From positions 1-45,808 of the forward strand of contig NW_021828078.1 of assembly GCF_006345805.1 (NCBI RefSeq): a stretch of DNA of 45,808 nucleotides, read 5' to 3'. Source of the stretch: Octopus sinensis (taxonomy: Eukaryota). Positions within the stretch are counted from its first letter, which is position 1. The number at the start of each line of letters is the position of its first letter. The notes beneath the pieces are model-generated. The model was not told the DNA's origin. It worked only from the letters and a program-made list of their open reading frames with translations, and did not search any database. Made by a program: the position numbers and the translations under genes. Shown here piece by piece: positions 33,442 through 45,808 of the stretch.

Positions 33442-34106
33442 AAGAGTCGACTCAGGTGAAGAGCCAATCCCAAGCGGAGAGTTAATCCCAGAGGGAGAGT
33501 CAATCTCAGACGAAGAGTCAAACCCGGGCGAAGGGTCAATCTCAGGCAGAAAGTCAATCGCAGGCAAAGAGTCACTCTCAAGCGAAGAATCAGTCTCAGG
33601 CAGAGTCAATTTCCGGCAAAGAATCAATCCCAGACGGAAAAGTAATCTCAGGCAAAGAAAGAATCAATCACAGACGAAGAGTCAATCTCCGACGAAGAGT
33701 CAAACTCAGGTGAAGAGTCACTCTCAGGCAAAGAACTAATTACCAGCAAAGTGTCAATCTCCGGCAAAGTGTCAATCTCAGGCGAAGAGTTACTCTCAAG
33801 CGAAGAATCATTCTCAGGAGAAGATTCAATCTCCGGCAAGAGTCACTCTCAAGTGAAGAATCAATCTCAGGCGAAGAGTCAATCTCCGGCAAAAAAATCA
33901 ATTCCAGGCGGAGAGTTAATCTCGGGTAAAGAAAGAGTCAATCTCAGACGAAGAGTCAATCTCTGGCGAAGAGTCAATCTCAAACGAAGAGTCATTCTCA
34001 AGCGAAGAACCAATCTCCAGCAAAAAGTCAATCTCTGGCGAAGGGTCAGTCTCAGACGGAGAGTAAATCTCAGGCGAAGAATTAATCAGAGACGGGGAGT
34101 CAATCA
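33442..34106. repeat. 18-bp minisatellite, consensus GAGTCAATCTCAGGCGAA, about 36 units
   Basis: Regular 18-nt periodicity with scattered substitutions and a few indels; the minus strand translates as (PEIDSS)n in three broken ORFs. Confidence 0.93.
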
Positions 34107-34463
34107 GGCACTCATAAATGCCCGATCTTTTTCTCTGTGGCATTCAGACTTACCAAATCTCATAATCTATTTATCATCCGATGAGTCTTTATTTTTTTAT
34201 CTTCAAGACAGTCGATTGTACATTAATGCTTTGATATACAGAAAGAGGATTATATAATACTGCATAAACCCCTCGTCAGTTACAAAGATTATTCAATCAT
34301 TTACGTCTTGTATCATTTGGTGTATCTCTGTGGTCTGCACTCATTTAACGAAGTTTATCACGTCAAATCATTCCCTTGGCATTTTCTGCAGTTGGGGTAC
34401 AAGATGTTATTTCTGCATAATCTTTTCCACCCCTTTCAGGCATAGCACCACGAGCAAGTGTCT

Positions 34464-34768
34464 TCATTCTTGCTCACAACATCATAAGCGGAAAGTGTAA
34501 CCTCTCGAAAGAGCTGTTCTTCACTCCTGCTCGAGAGCGTCGGCTGCGGGGTCACTCCGAAAAGCTCTATCTGCGACGATTTCATCTCAATCGAAGGAGA
34601 GAGGCTTTCTCCGTCCGGGTTGCGGATCCGTGGAATAAGCTGCCGGACGAGATGGTGAAGATGCCGACGACCGCTCGGTTCAAAGTCTCCCTTGAGCACA
34701 AGTGGCCTGAACTCTTTACATGAACACCACCCAGTACATAACTCCATGTCCCGGCGGCCTTTTGGCTG
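34464..34768 (+). mobile_element. CR1-clade LINE 3' fragment
   Basis: ILAHNIISGKCNLSKELFFTPARERRLRGHSEKLYLRRFHLNRRREAFSVRVADPWNKLPDEMVKMPTTARFKVSL..., stop at 34721-34723. The RGHxxKL / FSxRVxxxWNxLP / FK motifs match CR1 ORF2 C-termini. Confidence 0.88.
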
Positions 34769-34769
34769 A

Positions 34770-35165
34770 GCGTTAGCACGCTGAGGGAAATAACTCGCGT
34801 ATAATTTCGTCTGCCGTTAGGTTGTGAGTTCAAATTCCGCCGAGGTCGACTTTGCCTTCATCCTTTCGGGGTCGATAATTAGTACATTTCGACTGGGTCG
34901 ATGTAATCGACTTCTACCTATGTCTGTCCTTGTTTGTTGCCTCTGTGTTTGTCCCCTTGTGGTAAAAAGAAATAGGTATTTCGTCTGCCGCTACGTTCTG
35001 AGTTCAAATTCCACCGAGGTCGACTTTGCCTTTCATCCTTCCAGGGTCGATTGAATAAGTCCCAGTTACACACTGGGGTCGATATAATTGACTTAATCCG
35101 TTTGTCTGTCCTTGTTTGTCCTCTCTGTGTTTAGCCCCTCGTGGGTAGTAAAGAAATAGGTATTT
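34770..35165 (+). mobile_element. SINE family B, tandem dimer (first unit degraded)
   Basis: Two bodies with gagttcaaattcc...gtcgactttgcc...ggggtcgat, ending aaagaaataggtatttc. Confidence 0.88.
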
Positions 35166-35175
35166 CTTTACGTTG

Positions 35176-35332
35176 GGCGCAGGAGCGGCTGTATGGTAAG
35201 TAGCTTTCTTACCAACCACATAGTCCCGAGACTATAGTAGAAGACACTTGCCCAAGGTGCCACGCAGTGGGACTGAACTCAGAACCATGTGGTTGGTAAG
35301 CAAGCTACTTACCACACAGCCACTCCTGCGCC
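35176..35332. mobile_element. Foldback made of two inverted SINE A heads
   Basis: A + head gggcgcaggagcggctgtatggtaagtagc...accacat is joined to a - head ...accacacagccactcctgcgcct. Confidence 0.88.
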
Positions 35333-35603
35333 TATAATAACTTTCCTTGGGTTCGATAAAATAATTACCATGCACCAAGAACAGGATTCCACATAATTTA
35401 TAGGAATTGCTCCAGTATGGTTGCAGTTCCGTGACTGAAACTGGTTAAACAATTAAACAATACATGCCACCCACCCCACCCCACCACCACCGATACCCTG
35501 GCATCAGGACCTGCAACTGAAAAGCACATAGAAACATCGTTACAGTATCATATGAAGACGGAATCCTGGCATGACCACCGTGTTGAACAACTGAGTATTT
35601 GAC

Positions 35604-35790
35604 TTGTTGTGGTTGTTGTTGTTGTGGTTGTTGTTTTTTGTTGTTGTTGTTGTCGTCGTCGTCGTCGTCGTTGTTGTTGTTGTTGTTGTTGTCGTCGTCG
35701 TCGTTGTTGTTGTTGTTGTCGTTGTGGTTGTTGTTGTTGTAGTGGTTGTGGTTGTCGTGGTGGTGGTTGTGGTGGCGGCGGCGGCGATGT
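35604..35790. repeat. (GTT/GTC/GGT)n trinucleotide array
   Basis: Directly visible. Confidence 0.92.
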
Positions 35791-36121
35791 TAGCGATACT
35801 CTGATGATAGTTTGTCATATTTCGTAGTTTCGGTTCCTGATTCTACAGACTTATGATCAAAGACACTTCCAGCTGTGATTATTCCGTTTGTCACTTTGTA
35901 TATTTAGAGCAACTTTGTCCCACGTGTCATTCAATTTTGCAAGTACGGTACGAAGTGACTTTGAGGGAGAATTTAGTTGCTATTTCATTATGTCGAATAG
36001 AGCTATACACAAAGACATTCCAGCCACAGCCCTCGTTTTTTTTCTGTTTTTTGGTGGGGGTGCAAGGGACAGTGTCCTTTCTTTATCTAGAGAATAGGGT
36101 GAAATTTCAAGGAATTTGACT

Positions 36122-36420
36122 GTTAAGTTAAGTTAAGTTAAGTTAATCTTTTGTCTCAAAAAGCAAAAAGCAAGGCCATGTAGGGGGACATAAAGTTATG
36201 TACAGGGGTGTTCATGCAAAGAGTTCAGGCCATTTCTGGTCAAGAGAGACTTTGAACCGAGCGGTCGTCGGCATCTTCACTATCTCGTCCGGCAACTTAT
36301 TCCACGGATCCGCAACCCGGACGGAGAAGGCCCCTCTCCTTCGATTGAGATGAAATCATCGCAGATAGAGCTTTTCGGAGTGACCCCACAGCCGACGCTC
36401 TGGAGCAGGAGTGAAGAACT
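36122..36420 (-). mobile_element. CR1-clade LINE 3' fragment with (CTTAA)n tail
   Basis: Reverse complement of 34516-34765 at high identity; tail gttaagttaagttaagttaagttaa at 36122-36146. Confidence 0.9.
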
Positions 36421-37043
36421 GAGGGCTTCGAAATGGTTTCTTTTCAAAAAGGTACACATTTGACAATGTAGTCTGCCATACACTGTGTCTGTAGGATCCT
36501 GAGAAAGTGGCGATGATTTGATCGGGTAAAATGATAAATTTGGAAAGATCGCTAAAAGAAGAAGAAAGAATTTCTAAAGCCTTGGACAAAGGCCCTGATT
36601 GTAGTCCAAGATACACTATGCCTTCTCGCCACCCACCACCATAAAAAGACAGATTTGTTATGGTTGGAACGAACGTTATCCTTAAGTTTATTAGATCAAG
36701 ACTAACCTGGGATTAAACAACCGCAAGGGAAAAAAAGCTTCTTCTTAGCATCACTGCATCCCAGCATCCCGGGGCAGCCAGCTTCTACTACCATTTTTTT
36801 TTTCACCGTCATCATCATCATCATCATCATCATCATAAACATCGTAATGACGATACCAGCCCTTATCTCTCACCCCGTACCACATCTCTGATATCAGACC
36901 AAACTCCCCACTGACTTCGAAACAGAGACCACATGTTCTATGTCCTAAATACAGAGCATGGCGTGCCTTGTTTAACAAACATAAATTTGTTTATATAATA
37001 TTCTCTTGTTACCTCTCCACCCCACCCTCTCGCCATCTCTCTT

Positions 37044-37077
<34 letters not shown>

Positions 37078-37126
37078 TTCCCACTCCCTTTGTGTGTGCG
37101 TGGGACTGTGTATATATATATATGTT

Positions 37127-37157
<31 letters not shown>

Positions 37158-37784
37158 ATATGCATATATATATATATATTATTATATATATGCATATTAT
37201 ATGTATATAATATATTTCATATACATATATTATATATATATAAATATATATATTATATATATATATATATCATGCATACGTACATACATATATATACATA
37301 TGTATATGCGTATAGGACTATTTCTATACGCATATATATGTATATATATATATATAATATATATATATATATATAATCTATATATATATATATATATATA
37401 CATATATTATATACATATATATAAATATATACACACACAAGTGTGGTGTGTGTATAATGTAATAATTTTTGTAATTGTTGTTACTGTTGTAATCGTGTTG
37501 TTTTAGCTGTTCTTTAAATGTCAGGTAAACAAGATGTTTAGATGTCTTTGGCATTCTGAGTAAGAATTCGGTAATTGGATGTCTTTTAATTACTATCCAG
37601 CTAACATCAGGTTGAAGTCGGGCTAAAATAGAATAATATAGCTGTGATGACGACAACAACGACGAGGTTGTCGACGACGACGACGACGACGACGATGATA
37701 AAAGAGTATGATGATATAAATGATGATGATGGTGATGAAGATGAGGATGACGACGATGATGACTACGATGATTAAGACATGGTA

Positions 37785-37815
<31 letters not shown>

Positions 37816-38182
37816 CGTATATGAATTACTATTTCTGCATATCTGATTTCTTAACACCACATTCTCCAAATTAAAGCAAAAGCTCGCCTCAAATGCAACG
37901 TGTGTAAGTGCGCGCGCGTGACTGTGTATGTCTGTGCGTGTGTATATATATATATATATATAATGTATATATGTGCATATGTCTACATATACAAACGTAT
38001 TTATGTAGATGTGTGTGATATGTAAGTGTGATGTGTATGTGTGTGTGTGTGTGTGTTGACATCATAAGAACGTTTTAAACTTTTGAGAGAACGTGAAATA
38101 ATCCTTTTTTGGAGCATGTGATCCTGAAGAACATCACATTAAGCTATAAATCCAACCATACATAGATACACACACACACACG

Positions 38183-38229
<47 letters not shown>

Positions 38230-38966
38230 CCAAGCAGACATAGAAACGAACACAGACACATATAACGGGCATCATTCAGTTTCTGTCAGTCAATTCTCTC
38301 AACACGTCAGTTTCATCAGTCTTAGAATTCTTGCAGAGGATAGATATGGAGTTTGTCTCTTCATCAAAACTCAGCCAGTAAAATAGTCATCCCCTCAAAG
38401 GCAATCGCCTTCGGAAAACATTATAGTTTATAGTTTTAATTTCTGGCTTGACAATGATAATGTGCTTCAACCATGCGCTGGACTAACTAGACACAAATTC
38501 AAGACATGTTTTTATCAACATATCCATTCCTTTAGGTATCAAAAGTAGAGATTTTTAGATAGAGTTGCCCGATTTTGTTTTTGAAAGAATGAAATCTATG
38601 TTTAAAATAAAGTGAAATTTTCTAGAACAAGCTGCACTGCTGACAAATGAATATTTTCATTCAAAATTTAAACAGCGTTTAAGCTTATAATTTCATTTCA
38701 AGAAAATGCATCGACGGAAACATCCGAATAATTAAGTTCTTAGAGACATGCTTCTAAATAATGTGATCGACTTTCATTGTTGTGTAAGCAATCGTACCTC
38801 TCACCATTATGCTTTTGGCTTATTCCCGTCTCCTTACAATAAAGAATTAAACTATTTCAATTTATACTTTCGAATTATTTCCATTGCATGGATTGGCTAT
38901 CCTGCATACAAGTGTAAATATACACATACGTCAGTACATACATATATACACATACATGATGTGTAT

Positions 38967-39018
<52 letters not shown>

Positions 39019-39348
39019 AGACACGTACATATACATACATACACACACACACATGTGTGTGTGTAAGCATTTGTTGGAACGTGATGTAAGATAATAGAGA
39101 AATTGACGTACAGGAAATAACTTGTCTGTATGGATATAGGTACGTGTGGAAGCGTGCGTGTGTATATATGTGTGTGTGCTTAGGTGTTATATATATTGAT
39201 CAAGGGTGCGGGTATATATATATATATATATGAATGCATCTATGTATATGTAAGTGAAAGAGAGAGGGAGAAGGAGAGAGGGGCTGGGGAAACGAGAAGG
39301 CGAGTGACCATCGATGGCTATATATATATAAAACATATAAGGATGAGA

Positions 39349-39392
<44 letters not shown>

Positions 39393-39444
39393 AGATGTAT
39401 ATATGTGTGTGTGTGAGCAGAAGAGATCATATGCGGGTATAAAT

Positions 39445-39486
<42 letters not shown>

Positions 39487-40089
39487 GAGAGAGGGAGAGA
39501 GAGAGACAGACAGAGACCCAGTGTGAGTATCTATACATGTATATACACAAAAAAGGAGAGCAAAATGTGTGTGCATATATATGTATACTTAAAAGAGATA
39601 GCATTTGTAAGTGTACATGTGTGTACAGACGGAAGACCAAATAAGTGTGTGTGTGTATGTGTGTATGATGTGTATATATATATGTAAGTATATATGTATA
39701 TATATGACTGTATATGTTATGTGAGCTGTGTGTGCCTGTGAAACTGTATGTGTGCATGAGTATATGTGTGTATGTGTGTAGGATAACAGGATTTAGCCAA
39801 AATATTTTTTTTGAATATGTGGACAGGAAGTTTTGTGGTTCATTAGACAGGAAACATCTGTAACTTCCCTTCTCTCACCGCCCATCTATCCTCCTCCCTC
39901 ACTGTTTCTCTCTTTTTCATCTTCTTCGTCTCCGACTTTCTTTCCCCCCATTTAACCCTCACTTTTTCTTTCCAATGTATTTACCTAAATGAACAATTTT
40001 AAATATGCACGTATCCTATTACACACACAAATACACATACATACATACACACATACATACATACATACATACATACATACATACATACA

Positions 40090-40121
<32 letters not shown>

Positions 40122-40514
40122 CACACATGTATATATGTATGTGTGTGTATTACAGACTTAAACGTATATTCAACACGGTTTTTTACGCGTGTACAGACAT
40201 ATATACACACATACATATAGGTATATTTACAAAGTTACACATGACATAAGCTAATATACATGTATAGTTACAGCTCGTCATGTTTCCGTCAGCAACTCGG
40301 TAGTCAGAGACATTTTTATAAAGAATTATTGATGATGATGATGATGATAATGATGATGAGATGATGATGATGATGCAGTTTTTCGTCCTGGAAAAATCTC
40401 TTAAAAAACTTACAGTGTTTAAAGAAAACAATATACTGCAGATCTAGGTGAGACGAAATCTTCCCCAGAAGTAATCACAGGAGTGACAGATACAGTATTT
40501 CACCGTAATTGCGG

Positions 40515-40797
40515 TTTCTCAGTGCTACACATTCATTTCGTGGATGGATTCGGAGGAAACTTTCAAGGATGTTTGGCCTCGTAATTGGCACAAACTGATT
40601 AGATTTTGGGGTCGATCCGGCACCGGACAAGGATTCTAGATTATTTTTCCTTTCTTTTTTTTTTTTTTTTACTTAATTTTTGAGAGCGGTCGAATTTATT
40701 TCAGATATTCTCATTTTAAGAATCATCTCTGGCCAATCGTTGAGAGGACGTTGGTGTTGCCTTGGCGGATTTTTGTGCTCTCTGGGTGCTCGTTATT
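40515..40797 (+). mobile_element. Helentron-associated (HINE/DINE-like) non-autonomous element remnant
   Basis: ggatggatt...gaaacttt...gattagattttggggtcgatccgg and the 3' end gccttggcggatttttgtgctctctgggtgct followed by a T-rich site resemble HINE-type elements. Recognised from family knowledge; one copy only. Confidence 0.5.
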
Positions 40798-41256
40798 TTT
40801 TAATAATAAATGCAAGTTCTTTTAACAACCGCTTTGCAATATTGCTGTCTTCTAATAGCTGTCTTCTTTAAATTTTACATTATCAAGTGTTGCATACTTT
40901 CCCGGAGTTTGCTAAGAAAGTTTCGTTGCTTGGCATACCTACAGATATGTGCCCCACCCCACCAAATTTGTTTCCTCATAACTTCCTGAAAAATTTATAT
41001 TTTATATGAAATTTTCTACAAATATGCTTCGGGTGGTATAGATACCGATTATGTCGGAATATGTGGTGTGAAGATTTCTCCGTCGATGGGGAGAGGAGTT
41101 TCAGTAAATTTACACGAGTTGCCTTAGTTTCCTTATAGTTTTCATTGCTTTAGCATGAGTAATATAAAGATTACATTGTTATCAAATCACTACATAACGG
41201 TTTGCTTTGCTTCAGTTTGATTCCGTATGTAACTATATTCGAGTATATAACAGCAT

Positions 41257-41475
41257 AAGGCGGCGAGCTAGCAGAATCGTTAGCACGCCGGGCGAAATGC
41301 TTAGTAGTATTTCGTCAGTCTTAATGTTCTGAGTTCAAATGTCACCAAGGTCGACTTTGCTTTTCATCCTTTCGGGGTCGATAAATTAAGTACCAGTTAT
41401 GCACTAGAGTCGATGTAATCGACTGGTACCCTCCCCCAAAATTTCAGGCTTTCTTCCTACGGTAGAAAGGATTAT
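41257..41475 (+). mobile_element. SINE family B monomer with probable target-site duplication
   Basis: aaggcggcgagctagcagaatcgttagc...gtagaaaggatt, flanked by tatataacagcat and tatataactgcat. Confidence 0.9.
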
Positions 41476-42394
41476 ATAACTGCATGTTATATGTAAATAA
41501 ACAATACACTTCTTTCGTTCGGTTTGCATCAAAAGCGTGACAATAATATGAATGACATGAATTTAATTTTTTCCCTACACATAAACGTAGATATGATAAC
41601 GGTATTTATGATGATGATGTGTTTAGTAATGAATACTAACTGCATTAGAAATACATCGATGTGTATGTGTGTGTATTAAAATTTATAAGCAATATTTAGG
41701 CAGTAATTTTTCATTGCTTTATAAATGCACCTTCTTTTAATATAATTGCATTTGATCCTTTCCTCTACTGACGTTCGAGCTTCCTTAGTGTTGCATGTCT
41801 TGCCAGCATTCTTCGCATATGCATGCTGTAATGTATATACACTACAGGAATATATAATGCAATGATATTAAATCAATATAACGCATGCTATCTTAAAGAT
41901 AGCGTTTCCATTATAGCATATACATACATATATATACATATATATTCATACATGCATAAGCACATACACACATATATACTTGCATATATGTTTGGAACTT
42001 CAAGAGAACTGAAGTAAATTGTTTTTTACTGCTAAACTCGAAGTGGATGAAGTTATGAATAAGAAAGATAGCTTGTAGAATATTAGGTTAAAAAACTTAA
42101 ATTGGGTTGGACACACATTAATTCATGGACACTGTTTTTTTCACGTTGATTAATTCATGCCCTTAATGGTACTTGGACTTTTGAGCTGTTCCCAAGAGAG
42201 CTAATGGAACACTCACATTCATTATACTGCTCTTGGCAATTTAGCACAGCAAGTTACTTGATCACCTTGCACATGCTTTACAGCTAGTCAGACTGAGCTA
42301 GCAAACCAATTTTAAGAATTGTTGAGTGCGTTATGTCTAGTTAGACATTGAGAAGTAGCTGCTACTGTTGCTGTCCCAGAGCAGCAAGATCGCG

Positions 42395-42696
42395 CCTCTG
42401 TAGTGGGAGAAATCCGAAACGTGGTCCTTTGCTATTCGTAAGACCCACAGAAGTGAAAGCAGGTATCGATGGATGGATGAATGCGCATCCAGGCTCGGCG
42501 GTTGCATAGAAGAAAGAGAGAAAGTTGGTGTGAAAGAGTACAACAGGGGTCGCCACCCCCACCCCCCTGCCGGAGTCTCGTGGAGCTTTAGGTGTTTTCG
42601 CTCAATAAACACACACAATGCCCAGTCTGGGAATCGAAACCGCGATCCTCCGACCGCGAGTTCACTGCCCTAACCATTGGGCCATTGCTCCTCCAC
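42395..42696 (-). mobile_element. tRNA-derived SINE (group C variant, related to 26445-26752)
   Basis: Minus head gtggaggagcaatggcccaatggttagggc, B box gtttcgattccc, shared gtgtgtgtttattgagcgaaaacacctaaagctccacg. agaagtagctgct occurs at 42351 and 42699 and may be a TSD, which would extend the left boundary. Confidence 0.8.
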
Positions 42697-43348
42697 TCAG
42701 AAGTAGCTGCTGTAGCAGGTGTATCAAAAGGAATAACAAATGTGATATTAGTAGTAACTCAGAGAGTAACAGAGACATGTCACGACCGATGCAATATTCG
42801 GTTGCTCTACCAATCCAATTCTAAACCAATACAAACCTACCCAATCCAGTCATTTTACTTTCCTGACAACCACAACTGATGATTCAATGGTCAAGCTGAC
42901 CTGTTATTTGTCCTAGGGACTGAACTCGGACACAGATATAAAAAAGGAACACCAGAGAACCCACAAACAAAACATTATAATGGATCTGACTGATCTGAGA
43001 TCTATTAATCAGTCACAACGATGTGATTGGTATGTGACGACATCACTCAGAATCATGAGGCAACCAGGGACATTTTGAATAATCTACATCGAACGTGATT
43101 ACAATTGTTTTTGATCGTTTTTAATGATATTTTTCGTTCCTTTTTTTCCTTGTGTACTAGTTCCTTTTACACTCACACACACACATACACATACACACAC
43201 ACACATACACACATACACACTCATAATATAATATGTATGTATGTATGTGTGTATCTGTATGGGTGTGTATTTGTGTATGTAGCACATGCATATGTATGGG
43301 TATATATATGTATATGTATATATTGTATATATATATATATATATATAT

Positions 43349-43391
<43 letters not shown>

Positions 43392-43588
43392 ATTATGTAT
43401 ATATATATATATACATATATATACATATATATATCTATCTAATATATGTATGCTACACATATATATATATAAATATATACATATGTATCTATATCTATAT
43501 TTATATCTAGATCTATATCTATATATATATGTATATATATATGTATATACTATATCTATATCTATACTATATCATATATATATATATA

Positions 43589-43626
<38 letters not shown>

Positions 43627-44179
43627 CATACTATCAGATACCAACGTTTCAGTAGTCACTTGCACACAATCACACAGACACACAACCCTTTATCATGACA
43701 AGAAAACATTTTTCCCCCTCTGGCGTACTAAATGGACTTGTTAGCATTCGTAGTTTTTGCTTGTGATCTTATAACCAGCATTTCTCTGTGATTGGTTTAC
43801 CAATAACAACAAGAGAAAGAGAAAGGGAGACAGAGAGAGCGCTAGGGAGAGCAATGAGAAGAAAGACTGAGAGACAGACAGGGTCTATATTTATGATAAT
43901 AATAGTAATGATAACGTCACTATAGAAATAAGAGCAATTTTGAATTAAAGAAAACAAATAAACGAATGATTTTAGAGGTGATGATGACGACGACGACGAT
44001 GATGATAATGATGGTGGTGGTCTTGGTGGTATTGGTTGTGATGACAGTAGTGAAAGTGCTTGAGGTGGACTGAGGGCGTGGTGGAGAGGGTAGCAAAGTG
44101 AGCTGTCATCGTTGCGGTGTGCAGTGGTGCAAGTGTTTAAGAAAGCCATATTTGGTTGAGTCAAGCAGCTATATTCAAA

Positions 44180-44333
44180 CATTTAATCGACCCCAAGAGG
44201 ATGAAGGGTAAAGTCGACCTCGGCGGAATTTGAACTCAGAACATACGGACAGAAGAAATGCCATGAAGTATTTCACCCGGTGTGCTAACGAGTCTGTCAG
44301 CTTGCCGCCTTGATAATAATAATAATAATAATA

Positions 44334-44391
<58 letters not shown>

Positions 44392-44603
44392 CCTTTCTAC
44401 TGGAGGCACAAGGCCTCAAGTTTGTGGGGTGGGGACTAGTCGATTATATCGACCCCAGTGTTTCGCTGGTACTTAATTTATTGGCCCCGAAAGGATGGAA
44501 AACAAAGTCAATCTCAGCGGAATTTGAACTCAGAATGTACGGACAGATGAAATGCCATGAAGTATTTTGCCCAATGTGCCAACGATTCTGTCAGCTAGTC
44601 AGC

Positions 44604-44605
<2 letters not shown>
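44180..44605 (-). mobile_element. Two diverged SINE family B copies (44180-44311 and 44390-44605) interleaved with (AAT)n
   Basis: Both contain cggaatttgaactcagaa...gaaatgccatgaagtattt; (AAT)n tracts at 44313-44390 and 44605-44716. Confidence 0.85.
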
Positions 44606-44657
<52 letters not shown>

Positions 44658-44659
44658 TC

Positions 44660-44717
<58 letters not shown>

Positions 44718-45808
44718 GTTTCAAATTTTGGTACAAGGCTAGCAACTGGTGCTTATTCTATTGCCTCCAAGGGTATGAAAGGTGAAGTCAATCACTCAGA
44801 GGGTACTCGCCATACAAAGGGAGTGACCCTGAAGACAGCCAAGAGTCAAGTAGAGAAAGGTCATCTATGGCCTGTGCTCTATAAGGAGCAAATGGCTTAA
44901 GTAAAATAGTGTGTTACATGATAAATGGACTTTGCTTTTTGAGGACCATCAGTTGCTCATGCACGTATCTTTTATGTCTCCTTGTTAATAATGTTGTCTA
45001 AGAAAAGAGAAAGGTCGGATTGAGCTTAGCACTGGCATTGTCACGGGAGCTGCTGTCAGGTTGCAGAAACCTGCTGTTCAAATAGGTGTGACAAGACCCT
45101 AACAAAATTTGCCATTTCCTGCTGAACCCATTCTCTGATTGGCTCAGGAAAGATGTAAAAGCTGAGGTTAACGATAGTAAAATTTTGAAGTCAGATTGCA
45201 CCGGATTTGCAACAAATACCACTAGGTATCTTATCAAAATGCTCTAACAACATTACTAATTTGTCACACTGAATACCTCACACACACATAAAACACATAC
45301 CTGCATACGTATGTATACTTATTCATTAATTAATTAACCTAATTACTTACACCCCTTCCACACCTTGCCACCCATCTTTGTTTTGTTGGTTTTATTCCAT
45401 TGTTTTTTTTCTATTTTTGCTCTATATTTATTTATTTTTATTTGTATTTTATTTATTTAATCATTTATTTTTGTATTAATTTATTTATTGTTTTCCTTTT
45501 TGTCTGTATAATGTATGCAGTACACACTCTTTCTCTCCCACTCTCCCTCTGTAACCCCCCCACACACACAGATGTAAATCAGTCTGTGTGGGTGTACAAA
45601 TTTATATATATATATTTACATATGTGTGTGTGAGCATGTATATATATACACTCACACACACACATATATATACGTATATATATACCCACATATATATAAA
45701 TATATATGTACGTACATATATATATACATATATATACCTACATATATAAAATGTTCATATATATGTGTGTGCATACATATAAATGTATATGTGTGTGTGT
45801 ATATATAT

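Noticed and set aside
34170-34285. CTGACGA (minus strand, ~34279-34273) and ccgatgag as further hammerhead cores
   Set aside because: No correctly placed GAAA or helix II partner found.
40920-41172. Possible Helitron-like remnant
   Set aside because: Only a vague terminal resemblance; no 3' hairpin plus CTRR end could be confirmed.
44940-45235. Unique-looking segment as a coding exon, or a promoter with a CCAAT box
   Set aside because: No frame gives a recognisable peptide with convincing splice sites, and a single CCAAT match is not evidence.

Overview
AT-rich, microsatellite-saturated eukaryotic DNA with no intact protein-coding gene I can support. Nearly all ORFs in the supplied track are translations of (TA)n, (CA)n, (CATA)n, (GAT)n or (GAA)n tracts. 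The tRNA-derived SINE families resemble those I associate with octopus (coleoid cephalopod) genomes; that assignment is an inference. Contents: three SINE groups (many copies, some nested, multimeric or folded back), fragments of RTE, CR1 and R4/Dong-type (restriction-like endonuclease) non-LTR retrotransposons, decayed DNA-transposon pieces, two copies of a ~450 bp TIR element with TTAGGG repeats, two minisatellites, and a ~1.26 kb tandem duplication. A gene may be cut by the left edge. The most interesting signal is a set of short modules embedded in (TA)n tracts, several as long inverted repeats, that carry hammerhead-ribozyme core motifs (CTGANGA ... GAAA, palindromic helix III, NUH) with unusually large helix-II loops. 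One copy is motif-complete (5817-5964, minus strand) and one is a back-to-back pair (2716-3052, repeated at 3987-4330). These fit remnants or non-autonomous derivatives of Penelope-like retroelements. Coordinates were read by eye and may be off by a few bases.
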